Shown here: positions 63,135 through 64,000 of the stretch, piece by piece
How positions within the stretch are numbered: position 1 is the first letter of the stretch
Layout of the letters: the number at the start of each line of letters is the position of its first letter
Source: an uncultured delta proteobacterium
GTDB lineage: Bacteria; Myxococcota_A; Polyangia; Polyangiales; Houyiibacteriaceae
Reading direction: 5' to 3'
Length of the DNA: 64,000 nt
Assembly: GCA_963699755.1 (NCBI GenBank)
Contig: CAVOVB010000001.1
Span: 544,001 to 608,000 of the forward strand
The notes under the pieces: model-generated
What the model was told of the DNA's origin: nothing
Database searches by the model: none
What the model saw: the letters and a program-made list of their open reading frames with translations, nothing else
Made by a program: the position numbers and the translations under genes

Positions 63135-63578
63135 ATGAGCGTGCAAGGCCCGTCCAACCGCCGAATTCAACTGATTCGTCTAGTCTGCTTCTTTTTCGCG
63201 GCGTCCTCGTTCGTCATCGGAGGATGGATGATGCTCGACCCCGCCTCGGCCTGGGCTTCGATGGGGCTCCGCATCGGCGACGATCCGTTCGTCCAAGCGC
63301 TCTACGGCGGCGCTATCATGGGCGAAGGCGCCATGTTCGCGCTCGGCGCGATCTGGCCGGTTCGCTACCTGGTCTTCTTCCAGTATCTGGTCATCTACAA
63401 GGCCTTGGCCTGCGTGGCGGGAATCGCCGTGTTGCTCCGCATGGAGCCAGCCCCGATGGGCGCATGGCTCGTGATCGGCGGCTGGGCGTTCGCGGGCTTG
63501 GTTTCTGCCCTGGTATTCCCTTGGGCAGCGTGGCCTCAGGTGGAGAGCTGGTACGGCGTCCGCCGAATGAAACCATGA
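63135..63578 (+). CDS. Small membrane protein with about four TM helices
   Basis: Four hydrophobic segments; ATG 63135 preceded by TATGGT. Confidence 0.65.
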   Translation: MSVQGPSNRRIQLIRLVCFFFAASSFVIGGWMMLDPASAWASMGLRIGDDPFVQALYGGAIMGEGAMFALGAIWPVRYLVFFQYLVIYKALACVAGIAVLLRMEPAPMGAWLVIGGWAFAGLVSALVFPWAAWPQVESWYGVRRMKP

Positions 63579-63604
63579 CCGCTTGGTGCTAGACTCACCG
63601 TCCG

Positions 63605-64000
63605 ATGTGGGAATGGTTGCGTGAGATCTACAGCGAGCCGATGTTCTGGCTGTTCCCCGTCGCCGGGACGGTCCTCGGAGTGGTGGCGTTCCTAGCGTTC
63701 GCCGTCCCGTTCACGATGCTCGCCTGGAAGCAGCCCAAGTGGGCAGAGCCCTACCGCATTCAAGCCCGCAAGACCGGCCGCCGCTCGATCGTAGGGCCGG
63801 CATTTTGGCACGTGGCCCGCAACAACGCCGTCATGGCAGTCGTCACGCTTGCCGCCTGGCCCTTGCTTCGGCTCTCGAATGTACACGCCGGTCCCCTGCC
63901 CGCCTGGTGGGTCATCGTTCTGCAGATCTTCTTCTTCGTCGTGCTCGACGACTTCCTGTTCTACTGGATGCACCGCGGCCTTCACGAAAGCCGCTGGCTC
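63605..64000 (+). CDS. Sterol desaturase / fatty-acid hydroxylase family protein, runs off the window edge
   Basis: Manual translation MWEWLREIYSEP...LDDFLFYWMHRGLHESRWL contains the first HxxxH box. Not in the ORF track. Confidence 0.85.
   Translation, partial: MWEWLREIYSEPMFWLFPVAGTVLGVVAFLAFAVPFTMLAWKQPKWAEPYRIQARKTGRRSIVGPAFWHVARNNAVMAVVTLAAWPLLRLSNVHAGPLPAWWVIVLQIFFFVVLDDFLFYWMHRGLHESRWL

Overview
GC-rich bacterial chromosome segment, probably from a Myxococcota (Polyangia-like) organism. This is an inference from a MYXO-CTERM-like sorting signal, myxobacterial-type vWA and Cys-rich lipoproteins, and the rph-rdgB-tRNA-Pro order. Most of it is housekeeping and catabolic genes: rph, rdgB, pyrG, dinB, TRAP permeases, dnaX-ybaB-recR, alaS, recN, an Rrf2-sufBCDSUT operon, iscS-iscA, a DAHP synthase, acyl-CoA dehydrogenases, LLM oxidoreductases, a PEP-utilizing kinase, a GH3 glucosidase and an ATP-grasp protein. 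It also holds a frameshifted IS481 next to tRNA-Pro and at least six heavily deleted remnants of secreted-protein genes. The main finding is absent from the ORF track: a complete ribosome-dependent transcription attenuator at 35621-35758 (minus). It has a sigma70-like promoter, a 15-aa leader peptide MNTYRDNRYFFWFTD with Tyr, Phe and Trp control codons, mutually exclusive hairpins and a U-tailed terminator. It controls a lone TrpG/PabA-like glutamine amidotransferase homologue that appears to lack its catalytic residues. A second candidate is a structured RNA at about 28300-28460 (minus) encoding an 18-aa hydrophobic peptide whose SD is sequestered in a hairpin. All family assignments come from motif recognition by eye; no searches were run.
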